64,000 bases of DNA from Azolla caroliniana (lineage: Eukaryota; Plantae; Polypodiophyta), in contig JBHGNT010000017.1 in the NCBI GenBank assembly GCA_043228905.1, forward strand, positions 15,128,001 through 15,192,000, read 5' to 3'. Under the pieces are notes generated by a model that was not told the DNA's origin, did no database searches, and saw nothing but the letters and a program-made list of their open reading frames with translations. Made by a program: the position numbers and the translations under genes. Below are positions 1 to 10,929 of the stretch, piece by piece. Position 1 is the first letter of the stretch; each line of letters opens with the position of its first letter.

Positions 1-58
1 TAAGATTAAAATGTCCTCGTATTAGGAAGTAGATGGCAATCTATACAAGAAATCCCTT

Positions 59-349
59 TGTTGAGAATCAAACTCAACTTCCTTAGTGTGGGAACACACC
101 TTAGGAATAGCCAAGTGTCTGAACATCCCACCACTTTTTATCATAACTAATGTGTCATAGAAGTTAAGTCCTATGACACATAGTTACTAGGTAGTTAAGT
201 CTCCACCTCCTTCCCGAGAGGTGGTTGTAATGAGAGAATATAGAGAGAAGATGACAACATAAGCATTTTCTCCTCTTCTTTGTAACCGTTTTTTTGTTGT
301 TCATTCTTGTTAACATACTTTTCTTGTTTTTTATCTATCGGTCTCTCTC

Positions 350-383
<34 letters not shown>

Positions 384-449
384 TATGTATATCATACACA
401 CACACACACATACTCTTTCCATTGTACAAAATCACACCTGATTCTTACA
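59..449 (+). repeat. 5' LTR of the decayed copia element
   Basis: TG...CA ends followed directly by an iMet-type PBS; both ends match the solo LTR at 47585-47963 in reverse orientation. Confidence 0.8.
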
Positions 450-1112
450 TGGTATCAAAGCGATTGGTAGATTAATCCAAGCCCATGCGTGTGTGTTGTG
501 TATACGCCGACGTTCACGAAGAACCAACAATCGTTGTAGTACCAACCCTACACAGTTCGTATCATAAAGAAGAAGACGAAAACTTGTTTCAACCAAGTCG
601 ACCATCATGAATAATCAGATGGGCAGTTCTCTCCTCAGTGAAAAGCTTGACAGAAATAACTTTGCATCTTGGGAATACAAGGTGCAGCAATACCTTGTTG
701 GCCAAGGTTATTGAAGTTATATTGAGGAGCACAAGAAACACAACCCAACCCAACACACACCAACTACCCAACATGGGAGCAAGCGGCATGCCGTTTGTTG
801 TACTACCTTGCATCATGCGTTCATGATCACATGCTCGGCTACATCTGAGAAGCCAAAACACCAAAGGAGGCATGGGGAAACCTCAAAAAGATCTTCGCAG
901 CCAACACGACTACACAAAAACTTCAACTCTGTCAAGAGTTGAATAGCATTCAACAGAGGGATATGTCGATCGGAAACCACACCTTGAAGATCAAGGAGAT
1001 GTGTGATTCCCTTGGGTTGATCAATGTTAACATTGACGACAATGAGATGGTGTTGATATGTCTCCGAGGACTCTCACCTAGGTTCAACGCAATAAGGATG
1101 GCCTTCCTCGCA

Positions 1113-1243
1113 TACATCTTCTTGAGCATTCTATTTTCCAATCTATATTGTGTCTCTCTCCTCTCCTCTTCTCAAACACACACACACACACTACACACAT
1201 CTCTAACTTATTCTGCTGCACAGAATCACCATCAATTCTTTAC
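1113..1243 (+). repeat. U5-end fragment of a related copia LTR lodged in gag
   Basis: CT/CA microsatellite followed by ...gcacagaatcaccatcaattctttaca, resembling the ends of LTRs 59-449 and 47585-47963; gag zinc knuckle resumes right after. Confidence 0.55.
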
Positions 1244-1774
1244 AGTGGCAAATTCGGCCACTATGAGGTAGAGTGTCAAAAGAAGAAAAGTGAGTCGGCT
1301 TTCACAAGCTAACAACTTACTAACTACGGCAGAATGTTCATGATGTGGCATAGAGTGAATTCTATGACGGCCTCCAACCTAACCAATACGTCCAACTCAG
1401 AAGACGTATTTTTTGTTGACTTTGGCGCCTCAAACCATATGACATCTCACCAAGAATGGTTTCAAGAACGTCTTGCATGTTCCAACTATAACGAAGAAAC
1501 CGATCTTGGTCGGCCAAATCGTGGAGTAAGCCATGCAAGTTCATTTCAACCATGGAGGATGCTTTATTGAAAAGGAAGGCCGACTCATCGCTTGTGGTTG
1601 AGGGGAAGGCCGAATGTTTATCCTCGAGTCAAACGGGGTAAAATGAGTCATGTTCACAAAGGGCCATAAAGTTGACGCCAACATAGAGTTATGGCACAAA
1701 AGGATCGGCCACATCAATCTCGAGAAGCTCAAGGGCATGCAGTCGAACGAAGTCGTCATCGGACTTCCAACCTT

Positions 1775-2950
1775 TATTTTCTTCCTATTTATTAAATCGA
1801 GTACTTTATACATTTTTCACGTAGTGTACAAAATACACAACGACAACGGCCATAAATTGGTACCTTGCTAGAGAGAACACATACCATTTCATGGGATGCC
1901 AAGCCTTCATAACCCGAATGCGGGAATATTTTATCCCACCAAATGAAACAACTCATTTGATGGATGAATGGAGTAAATTAAGGCAAGGCGAGGGGAGTTT
2001 ATCGGCATATGTCGACAACTATAGACAACTCATGCTTCAACTTCCCCATTTTCATGAAGTGACTAAAATTCATGGTTTTTTGTTTGGTTTAAGATCTAAA
2101 ATCTGTTGAGAAATCGTTCGGTCAAATCACAGTAAGCGAACTGTGTTGAAATACGAATCACACCAGTATGCCAGAGAGAGACAAGATCAACAATAGTGCA
2201 CAGAGATTTACGTGGAAACCCTAAAACGGGAGAAAACCACAGAGAACAGAACTTCACTATACAATGGATATACAACAGAGGGTATGTTACAGCACTCTTA
2301 CAAGTGTATCAGCCACGTGGGGCTCTTGGCGTCTGTTGTTACGCACACAGCTATGGCGCCACACTCTCTCTTTGTTTCTCTCTCTCTACTCACTCCTCAC
2401 GTTCACCCTCTAGCACTACCTCACTCTGTCTCTTCTGTTCTCTCTACCTCACGTTTTGCCCTAAGTGTATTTATACTTATACACTGTATGGACTATTTAC
2501 AAATGTAGCCTCTGCTACGTCTCATTATTATTATTGCTATAATAATAATAGTCGAACTATCAAACAATTGACTCACTGTTTTCGACTCTTCAACTGTCGG
2601 CTTTCCGAACTATCGGATATTCCCTATCTTCGACTGTCGGCACTCCTTGGTCCGATCAGTCAGCTCCTCATAGTCATCGACTGTCAGCAACTTCTGAACA
2701 ATCGGTTCCTCCTCCCACTAGAGGGACATATTCCCAACAAAATCTAGATGGAGATTGAAAAGAAACAAACGGTGAATTTGGAGATGGTGGTTCAACTGGC
2801 TGAATGAATTGGCGATTTTGAAGAACTTCAACAACCTTTTCGAGCCATGAAATCGCCCATCAACTTCCCTATGAGATGCGATTTTAGTAGTCAAGGGCAA
2901 AGATTTTTCAACAAATCATCAACTATGTCCAAGGATAATTGGGGGGGGTA
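1775..2950 (+). pseudogene. Ty3/gypsy gag remnant, interrupted by a solo LTR
   Basis: ORF 1891-2109 EYFIPPNETTHLMDEWSKLRQGEGSLSAYVDNYRQL...FLFGLRSKI (LRQG-S---Y retrotransposon gag motif); sequence continues after 2744 as MEIEKKQTVNLEMVVQLAE. Confidence 0.75.
2104..2739 (-). mobile_element. Solo LTR (copia, related to the 8937-15147 family)
   Basis: TGTTG...CCCAACA; 5-bp TSD AAATC at 2099-2103 and 2740-2744; shares tttacgtggaaaccctaaa and ttgccctaagt motifs with the LTRs at 8937 and 14480. Confidence 0.9.
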
Positions 2951-4520
2951 ACTGTAGTGGAGCACAAAAAATCATGGCATCCACATCAAACAAGGAAAGA
3001 ATCCCAAATCTCCAAATGTTGGTATAAAAGGCCGACTCCTTCCACTTTGTATCCTTAGTGTGAACACGTCTTCGAATTAGGGCTTCTGTATATATATACG
3101 CCCAATTGTAACATTGTGAGTGAGAGAGTTGTACAAAAAAGAAATATAGTTCACCATTAAAGCTAAATCGTGTCTACCTTACCTTCTACCATCTTGCATA
3201 TCTATTCTTTATCTGTGTTGTTTGCTATACACATTTTCTTGCATGTCCTCACATATCCTTCCACATATCATATTCAACAAGTGGTATCAAAGTGACCTTG
3301 TTGTCCGGCAGCAATGAACAACAGAAAACTTGAGAAGAGAAGCTATATGGCTAAGAGAAAAGACTAGGTCAAAAACATCTACTTTTTAGAAAAATGGCGA
3401 CACAGTTTGGCATGAATGTGGAAATCCAGAAGTTTGACGGAAAGATCTTCACCCTCTGGAAAGAAATGATGCAGGATGTTCTTATCATCCGACGACAAGT
3501 TGAAGCCATTCAGCACAACACCAAGCCGGCTTCAATGTCTGCTAAAGAATGGTGATCTATGTACGAGATAACCAGATTGACCATTCAGATGCATCTGGCC
3601 GAGAATGTCTATTTCAACATGGAAAAGGAGACGATAGCATTCTCTTTGTGGGAGAAACTACAGGCTGTGTACGAGAAAAAATCCTTCTCATTGAAGCTAA
3701 TATTGATTCAATAGTTATTCAACATGAAGATGAGAGAGATAGATTCAGCAACCTCCCACATCAACACCTTCAACCGGGTATTGTTTGAGCTCTTCTCCCA
3801 AGGGATTAACTTTGAAGAAGTTAAAGCCATTACCCCCCCCTTTCGAGCTTGTCAGTGAGTTGGGAGGTATTCTGCATGACATTCGCCAACAACTGTCCAA
3901 AGTTGAATCTGGATGAAACAATCGAACAAGTCCTCACTAAGGACATTCAGTGAAAATCAATGGGACTCACCATCAATGAATTGGCAAAAGCTCACAACTA
4001 GACCGAGCCGACCGGAAGAGTCGGCTGAAGTGCCATTCGACCAAGAAGGAGGAACGAAGACCGACAACAGTCAAAGTCGAGGAATAATCGATCAAGTGAT
4101 TTTTGCACTCATTGCAGAAAGACTGGTCACAAAGTTTCCGACTACTAGTCGATAAAGAGAAAGGGGAATGGTCGGCGATTCAATCGGACACAAGACAATC
4201 CTAATGGCACAAGAGACAAGATTCAATCGAACCGTTCTGCTAATGGCAACCAAGTCAATATTGCCGAATCCCAGTCTAGAGAAATCCTCTCCCTAGAGGA
4301 ATCGTGGACCGGTGAAGTCCTATACATCGCGCAAGACATGCAAACGTGGTTGTTAGATTTTGGTGCCACATTTCACGTGACCCCCAACATCGAATGTTTT
4401 TCGGACTATTCAGCTGGAGCTAGCGGCACAGTCTGACTAGGCAACGGGCAGGAGTGTGCAATTGTAGGGATCGGCGAGGTCCCCATCTAATTACTGAATG
4501 ATAATACTATCATCCTGCAC

Positions 4521-4781
4521 CATAGTACGCAATATTCGTGTTCGTTGGCCCAAACATTCATTTTCATACGTCTGCAAACAAATGTGTATGTTATTAAAAC
4601 ATTCTTGTGTTTTTTTTACACTTTTTTCCTTAACTTTCTTACCCTAAAAAACATTACCTTATAATAAATAATGAATGCAAAACTATGGTATTTACCATAC
4701 TTCGATGGTGTTTTTCATACACGAATGATAAGAATGTTCGCGAATGCGAATGCACAAATGGTGTGTATGCTTCATACTATG
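4521..4781. mobile_element. MITE (hAT-like) inserted in the copia protease region
   Basis: TIR CATAGTA.../...TACTATG; flanking duplication CCTGCAC at 4514-4520 and 4782-4788; removal restores IILHQVRH; AT-rich interior. Confidence 0.7.
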
Positions 4782-7427
4782 CCTGCACCAAGTACGGCAC
4801 ATACCCAAGCTGAAGAGGAGTCTGGTCTCCATCAGCACGTCAGCCAAAGCCGAGTACTGAACGACTCTCAGTGAGTCGTCATGGATGATCAACTGAGAAA
4901 AAATATGAAAATTGGGAGTGGATGCAAGTACAGCAACCTATATCCACTAATGGCGATCAATCCGAAGGGCACAATGAACGTAGTCGAATCGCCAGACTCG
5001 AACTTATGGCATGGCCGACTCGTCCATATGTCACAAGTCGGACTAGACCAGCTAATGGCGATCAGCTACATCCCGAAGCTCCAAACAAAGACAGACTTCT
5101 ATGAGCATTGTCATTACGAAAAACAGACCCGAAGTCCACACTCTCTCCATTACGTGACAATATGATAGCCCCCAGAACTGGTCCACACTGATATATGTGG
5201 GCCGATGCCTGAAAGGTCACTAGGAGGCTCCCGGTACTTCGTCACATTTGTGGATGACTATACGTAGAAACTCTGGGCCTACTCCATTAGGTCGAAAGAC
5301 AAAGCGTTCGAGGTTTTCTCTCGGTGGTTAGCCGAAGTCGAGAACTAATCAAGACACCGAGTGAAGACACTCTGATTCGACAACGGAGGTGAATACACCT
5401 CTTGAGCCTTCACACAGTACCTGTTTGACAAAAGGATCCGGCACCAAAAGACCAAGCGCACTATCCAAGAGAGGGTGACGACAATGCTACAACAATCTGG
5501 ATTAAAGCTAGAATTTTGGGCAAAAGCATTGCAGATGGCAGTATACTTGATAAATTTGTCGCCATTGAGAGCAATACGGCTCAAAGTGCCACGGGCACTA
5601 TGGTCAGGCAAACAACTGACCTACAACAGGCTCCGAATATTTGGATGTGAAGCATATGCATTCATGCCTAGGGAGAAAAGGACCAAGCTAGCACCCCATG
5701 CACTTAAGTGTATATTTCTTGGTTATGGAACCGACAGGGATTTTGGCTATCGGCTATGGGATCTAGAGAACTAGAAATTGATCCGAAGTAGTGACATAGT
5801 CTTCAATGAAGACTCAATTCTCTCTGAACGGAACCAACTGAAAAGGGTCAACAAAAAGGTCTCCTTCGACATCGACAAAGATGTCGTAGAAGGACCGACC
5901 CACTGGGCCGAATCAAAGATTCCACAAACTGTTGAAATCAACTGAGCTAGCAACCCCCTTGCTTAATCCAAAATGGCAAAAGGTCCCTTAGTCGAAATTG
6001 ACCTCGATTTGACTAAAAGATTGACAAATGCCAAACCAACAAAGTATGTCGAAGCGGCCACAAAAGGAAAACAAGATAAGATGCCGAAAGGCTAAGCCAA
6101 ACCGGCCATGGCTTCTACTCCTTTGTCAATCAATCTCAAAAAAGGGGAGAGTGACTTAACATCGCCAAAATCCTATTTAAGGAGCAAGTAATACAAAAAG
6201 ACTCCTGAAGATGGTTCAACCAACACCGATTGGACACAAGAACCAATCGAAGAACCCGAACCGACAAAACTGGCACCCATGAGATCCGGACAAGTTCGAA
6301 GGCGGACATAGTTATATCAACCGAGCCTTGACTATGTCAATTACACGGATGCAAGTGAACCAAGCTCCTATGAGGAGGTTGTAGTCGCACCGGACGCCGA
6401 CACATGGCTACAAGCCATGAGATCTAAGATGGACTCAATTAAGGAAAATCAGACATGAGAGCTGGTCAAATTACCAACCGGAAGTAAGTTGCTACCATGC
6501 AAATGGGTCTACCGATTCAAGTATGTATCCGGTTCGGAACAACCCAAGTACAAAGCTCGGCTCGTCGCCAAAGTTTTCAAACAGGAACATGGGGCCGACT
6601 ATGACGAGATCTTCTCGTCGGTAGTCAAGATGACCACCTTTCGGCTCCTACTCTGCATCGTGGCAATGAAAGACCTAGAGCTAGACCAACTCAATGTAAA
6701 GACGAACTCACGGAGATCTCAACGAAGACATTACATGTCTCAACTAGCAACATGGGAGCAAGGTCACCTCATTTGCAAGCTGAAGAAAAGCCTATAAGGC
6801 CTCAAGCAAGCGCCGAGAATGTGGTATCATAAGTTCGATACCTATATCCGGCAACTCGGCTACAACCGGTAGGACTTCGACCCATGCATATATATTCGGC
6901 AATTGGCCGATGAATCCCCGATCTACCTGATCCTATATGTCGACAATATGTTGATTGTAGGGAGAAATCAAGCAGAAATCGGAAGACTAAAGCGGAGCCT
7001 TCATGACAAATTCGCAATGAAGGAACTTGAACAAGCCCGACATATCTTTGGCATGAGGATCAAGCGAAATTGGATGACGAAGATTCTCCGACTCTCCTAG
7101 TCTAATTATATCCGGAAGGTGCTAAAACGGTTTAACATGTAGAACGCAAAGTCGGCACCGACTCCACTTCCAACGTTGACACGACTAACGGATAAGGACT
7201 CTCCTTCGACCGACAAGGAGAAAGAGCTCAAGGAAAGATACCCTACACATCGATCGATCGTAGGAAGTATCATGTACGCAATGGTGGTGATTCAAGTTGA
7301 TCTTGCATATACCATAGGGTTCGTTAGCCAATACATGTCGAACCCAAGGCAAAAGCATAGGGAGGTTGTCAAGCACATCTTCATGTATCTAAGAGGAACC
7401 GAAGATGTACAATTGACTTTCGGATCG

Positions 7428-7680
7428 TGTTGGTGTAATGGTAATGGGGGGACACTCCAACCGTTAGGTTGGAGGTTCGAGTCTCCTTGCACCAACATAC
7501 ATGTGGTACCTAAAAACAAAAGGGCAGTTTGTGCCCGTAAGTGATGATGACGAAGATAGTGGCGACGACGCAGATGGTGACAGTGAAGGGCTGTATAAAA
7601 CATGACTTCGTGTGAGTTGTAGCCTTCGGGCAAGCCAAAGATAAAAAATACTAAAGTAGTATCTCTAAATGGAAAAAAAA
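7428..7680 (+). mobile_element. tRNA-derived SINE
   Basis: 17-bp TSD AATTGACTTTCGGATCG at 7411-7427 and 7681-7697; A-box-like TGGTGTAATGG, B-box GGTTCGAGTC, GAC/GAT-rich body, A-tail; removal restores copia RNase H (VQLTFGSAYPTEVEGYTDS). Confidence 0.92.
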
Positions 7681-7914
7681 AATTGACTTTCGGATCGGCA
7701 TATCCGACCGAAGTCGAAGGCTACACTGACTCCAACTATGCTGGCAATCTAGACAATCAGAAGTCGACATCAAGCTACGTATTCATCTATGACAGCGGCG
7801 CCATATCATGGAGATCGAAATTGCAAGAATGCACGGCCCTATCAACCATAGAGGCCGAGTACATTGCCGCGTCAAAAGCAGCAAAGGAAGCAATTTGGCT
7901 ACATTGACTATCTA

Positions 7915-8477
7915 CTGATGTTTTGGCTAAAGCTCCATAGAAGTCGAATGCAACTCGATTAGCAAAATTGAAGAAGCAATTGATAGAGCTTGAGACATTT
8001 GGTTTCATCTGCCCGAGCAATTCTCCATATTAGGCACTCGTTATATTTGTTGCAAAAAAGGATGGAAAAATGTGGATGCGCATGGACTATCGAGCACTCA
8101 ACAAGATAACAATCAAAGGTAAATATCCATCGCCAATCATTGACGACTTACTAGATCAATTGGCAGGGGCACAATGTTTTACTCGCATCGACTTGAGGTC
8201 GGGATACCACCAAATCCGAGTTGCTAAAGATGACGTTGAGAAAACAGCTTTTTGGACAAGGTATGGCAGTTATGAATGGTTGGTTATGAGTTTTGGGCTC
8301 ACTGGTGCACTAGGAACATTTACATGATTGGGCAATGATCTATTTCGTGCCTTTCTTGATGAGTTTGTCATCTTATACATAGATGATTTGCTCATTTATA
8401 GCAAAACATTGGAAGAGCACATGGTACATGTTAAGAAGGTGTTACAAATACAACAAGAAAACAAATTGTATGCTAAT
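7915..8477 (+). pseudogene. Ty3/gypsy reverse transcriptase fragment (outer host element)
   Basis: [21 protein letters not shown]...[12 protein letters not shown]...[20 protein letters not shown]...LYIDDLLIYS; joins 19045 to restore LYANPEKCEF. Confidence 0.9.
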
Positions 8478-8936
8478 AACACCGGGTCATTTGAAACAGG
8501 TAATATGTCGCATTCTCTTTTTCATATCTTAGTGAGATGTTAAAAAATGCCTTATTTAAGCAGAATTTCAACAAGGCATGACGCATGTGTATGTGGTTTA
8601 TGAAAACATAGCGAAAAAAAGAACTAACTAATATCACGTCAACAAAATCATCCAACGTATATTCTATCTACCATGTTTTTGTCCAAATCTTAGACAGGGG
8701 TGTATTTGTCAACACAAGTATAATAGTAACACGGGTCCTTGTGCATATTCTAAAAAGCATGCCCCATTGAATAAGTGACTTCTTCTAATTATGTGTGTAT
8801 ATTTAAATATAATACATCTTAAAGCAAATTGTGAACCTTGCAATTAAGAGATACTACTATGTCAAGAGAAAATTTCCATTGACACGTGATACATGACACT
8901 GTCAATGTATAAATAAACTAGTCTACAATAACATTC

Positions 8937-9576
8937 TGTCGAAATTCCGTGCTCGGCCACAACCGAGGAACTGGATCGATTCACAGAAAACGGGAAATAC
9001 AACAATGCACGAAAACAATAGAGAGAAGGGTACACTGGATGTTTTACGTGGAAAACCCTAAATGGGAAAAACCACGGGAGTGCAAGACTCCAACTATCAC
9101 TATACGCGGGAATGTACAATGGCGAGCTGCAAGGCGACGACCTTGAGCTCACTGTCCTCGCCACAGGCGGCGGTATTACACAGAGGCGTCGACCTCTTCC
9201 TTCCTCTTTCTCTCTCACTCTCTCTCGGCTGCTCTCACTTCGCTCCCTCTTAGTGGAAAACAGAAAAATGAGCAACAACATAAACTGTTTGCCCTAAGTC
9301 ATATTTATACACATATGACTTTCGGGCTATTTACAAATATAGCCTCAAGGGCTCTTGGCAAACATATTCACAAATATGTCCCCGCATCCGGATCTCCCTC
9401 CGGGTACATTCGTCATCCGGCTCCGTAACCGGGGTCTTCAGCATCCGGCTCCGTAGCCGGGGTCTTCATCATCCGGCTCCGTAGCCGGGGTCTTCATCAT
9501 CCGGCACCGTAACCGCAACCGGGCTTGCCGTCATTCATCTCCGGACATCCCATCCGGAGGGACCGAAATCCCAACA
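8937..9576 (-). repeat. 3' LTR of the young copia
   Basis: Direct repeat of 14480-15147; adjacent to the PPT; contains 28-bp GC-rich tandem units. Confidence 0.95.
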
Positions 9577-9586
9577 AACTCCCCCT

Positions 9587-9978
9587 TCACTTCGGCATGG
9601 GATGTCTCTCCAATCCGACCCTCTTCCGGCACGCTTCCAGCTTGTCGGGTGTGAGCACTTTGGTCAGCATATCTGACCCGTTCTCTTCCGTGTGGATCTT
9701 CGTCAGCATGAACTCCTGGTCTTCTATCCTTTCCCGGATCCAGTGATATCTTCGCTGGATGTGCTTCGTCCGGGAGTGATAGGCCGCGTTCTTCGCAAGG
9801 TGGATGGCACTCTGACTGTCGCAGTAGAGTCGGTACTCCTCTTGCCGGATACCGAGCTCTCTAATGAAGTCCTTCATCCATATTATTTCCTTGCCGGCTT
9901 CAACAGCCGCCATGTACTCCGCCTCCGTGGTTGACAACGCAACCGTCTTCTGCAGCCTCGACTGCCACGAAACAGCTC
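9587..9978 (-). pseudogene. Duplicated RNase H C-terminus
   Basis: AVSWQSRLQKTVALSTTEAEY...RHPMPK repeats 10375-~10766 with scattered substitutions. Confidence 0.92.
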
Positions 9979-10364
9979 GCTGTCCTCGCCACAGGCGGCG
10001 GAAATACACAGAGGCGTCTACCTCTTCCTCTCTCTCGCGCTCTATCTCTCTCTCTCTCACGGCTGCTTACACTTCACTCCTCTAGAGTGGAAAAACAGAA
10101 AAATGAGAAGCAACAGTAAAACTGTTTGCCCTAAGTCATATTTATACTTATATGACTTTGGGCTATTTACAACTGTAGCCACAGGGGCCCATAGCGAACA
10201 TATTCACGGATATGTCCCTGCATCCGGATCGCTCTCCGGGTACATTCGTCATCCGGTACCGAAACCGGGGTCTTCGTCATCCGGTACCGAAACCGATACC
10301 GGGCTTGTCGGCATTCATCTCCGATATCCGACCATCCCATCCGAAAGGGACCGAAATCCCAACA
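9974..10364 (-). repeat. Internal truncated LTR from a diverged sister subfamily
   Basis: Begins TGTTGGGATTTCGG after its own PPT (10365-10380); homologous to but clearly different from the terminal LTRs; breaks off at AGCTC (9974-9978). Confidence 0.9.
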
Positions 10365-10374
10365 AACTCCCCCT

Positions 10375-10929
10375 TCACTTCGGCATGGGATGTCTCTCCA
10401 ATCCGATCCTCTTCCGGCATGCTTCCAGCTTGTCGGGTGTGAGCACCTTGGTCAGCATATCCGACCCGTTCTCGTCCGTGTGGATCTTCGTCAGCATGAA
10501 CTCCTTGTCTTCTATCCTTTCCCGGATCCAGTGATATCTTCGCTGGATGTGCTTCGTCCGGGAGTGATAGGCCGCGTTCTTTGCAAGGTGGATTGCACTC
10601 TGACTGTCGCAGTAGAGTCGGTACTCCTCCTGCCGGATACCGAGCTCTCTAATGAAGTCCTTCATCCATATTATTTCCTTGCCGGCTTCAACAGCCGCCA
10701 TGTACTCCGCCTCCGTGGTTGACAGCGCAACCGTCTTCTGCAGCCTCGACTGCCATGAAACAGCTCCCCCTGCATACGTCATCACATACCCTGATGTGGA
10801 CCGGCTGGTATCTGCATCAGCCGACATATCCGAATCGGTGAAACCGTCGAGTTCGGGTTTACCGGAGCCGAATCGGAGGCACACATTCGCTGTGCCCTTC
10901 AGGTATCGGAGTATCCACTTGGCCGCGTT
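10375..10929 (-). CDS. RNase H part of the copia polyprotein, in frame after a premature TAG
   Basis: GFTDSDMSAD...STTEAEY...YCDSQSAIHLA...HSRTKHI...SDMLTK; same frame as 10930-14448. Confidence 0.85.
   Translation of the reverse strand, partial: NAAKWILRYLKGTANVCLRFGSGKPELDGFTDSDMSADADTSRSTSGYVMTYAGGAVSWQSRLQKTVALSTTEAEYMAAVEAGKEIIWMKDFIRELGIRQEEYRLYCDSQSAIHLAKNAAYHSRTKHIQRRYHWIRERIEDKEFMLTKIHTDENGSDMLTKVLTPDKLEACRKRIGLERHPMPK

Larger units (their letters stand above)
59..1772 (+). mobile_element. Decayed, 3'-truncated Ty1/copia LTR retrotransposon (5' LTR, PBS, gag/PR/GAG-pre-integrase remnants)
   Basis: LTR TGTTGAG(59)...TTACA(449); PBS TGGTATCAAAGC at 450-461; gag N-terminus MNNQMGSSLLSEKLDRNNFASWEYK from ~607; zinc-knuckle remnant GKFGHYEVEC ~1247; protease FVDFGASNHMT; LWHKRIGHIN; many stops and frameshifts. 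Confidence 0.85.
2953..7913 (+). mobile_element. Decayed Ty1/copia element lacking its 3' end and 3' LTR
   Basis: LTR TGTAG(2953)...CAACA(3279); PBS TGGTATCAAAG at 3282; gag MATQFGMNVEIQKFDGK from 3394; PR WLLDFGATFHVT; integrase [17 protein letters not shown]; RT YKARLVAK, LYVDNMLI; RNase H GYTDSNYAG...ALSTIEAEYIAA; many stops. Confidence 0.9.

Noticed and set aside
2939-2952. G-run before the LTR at 2953 as a polypurine tract (shared-LTR tandem element)
   Set aside because: The upstream sequence is gypsy gag, not the 3' end of a pol gene, so the run is more simply part of gag.
7428-7500. Functional tRNA gene (also considered at 25580-25650 and 31640-31712)
   Set aside because: No canonical cloverleaf or poly-T terminator, and each sits inside a SINE or LTR.
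8862-9281. 139-aa and 161-aa ORFs in the copia LTRs as env-like or accessory genes
   Set aside because: They lie in LTR R/U5, run into unrelated flanks, include microsatellite translation and start at non-ATG codons.
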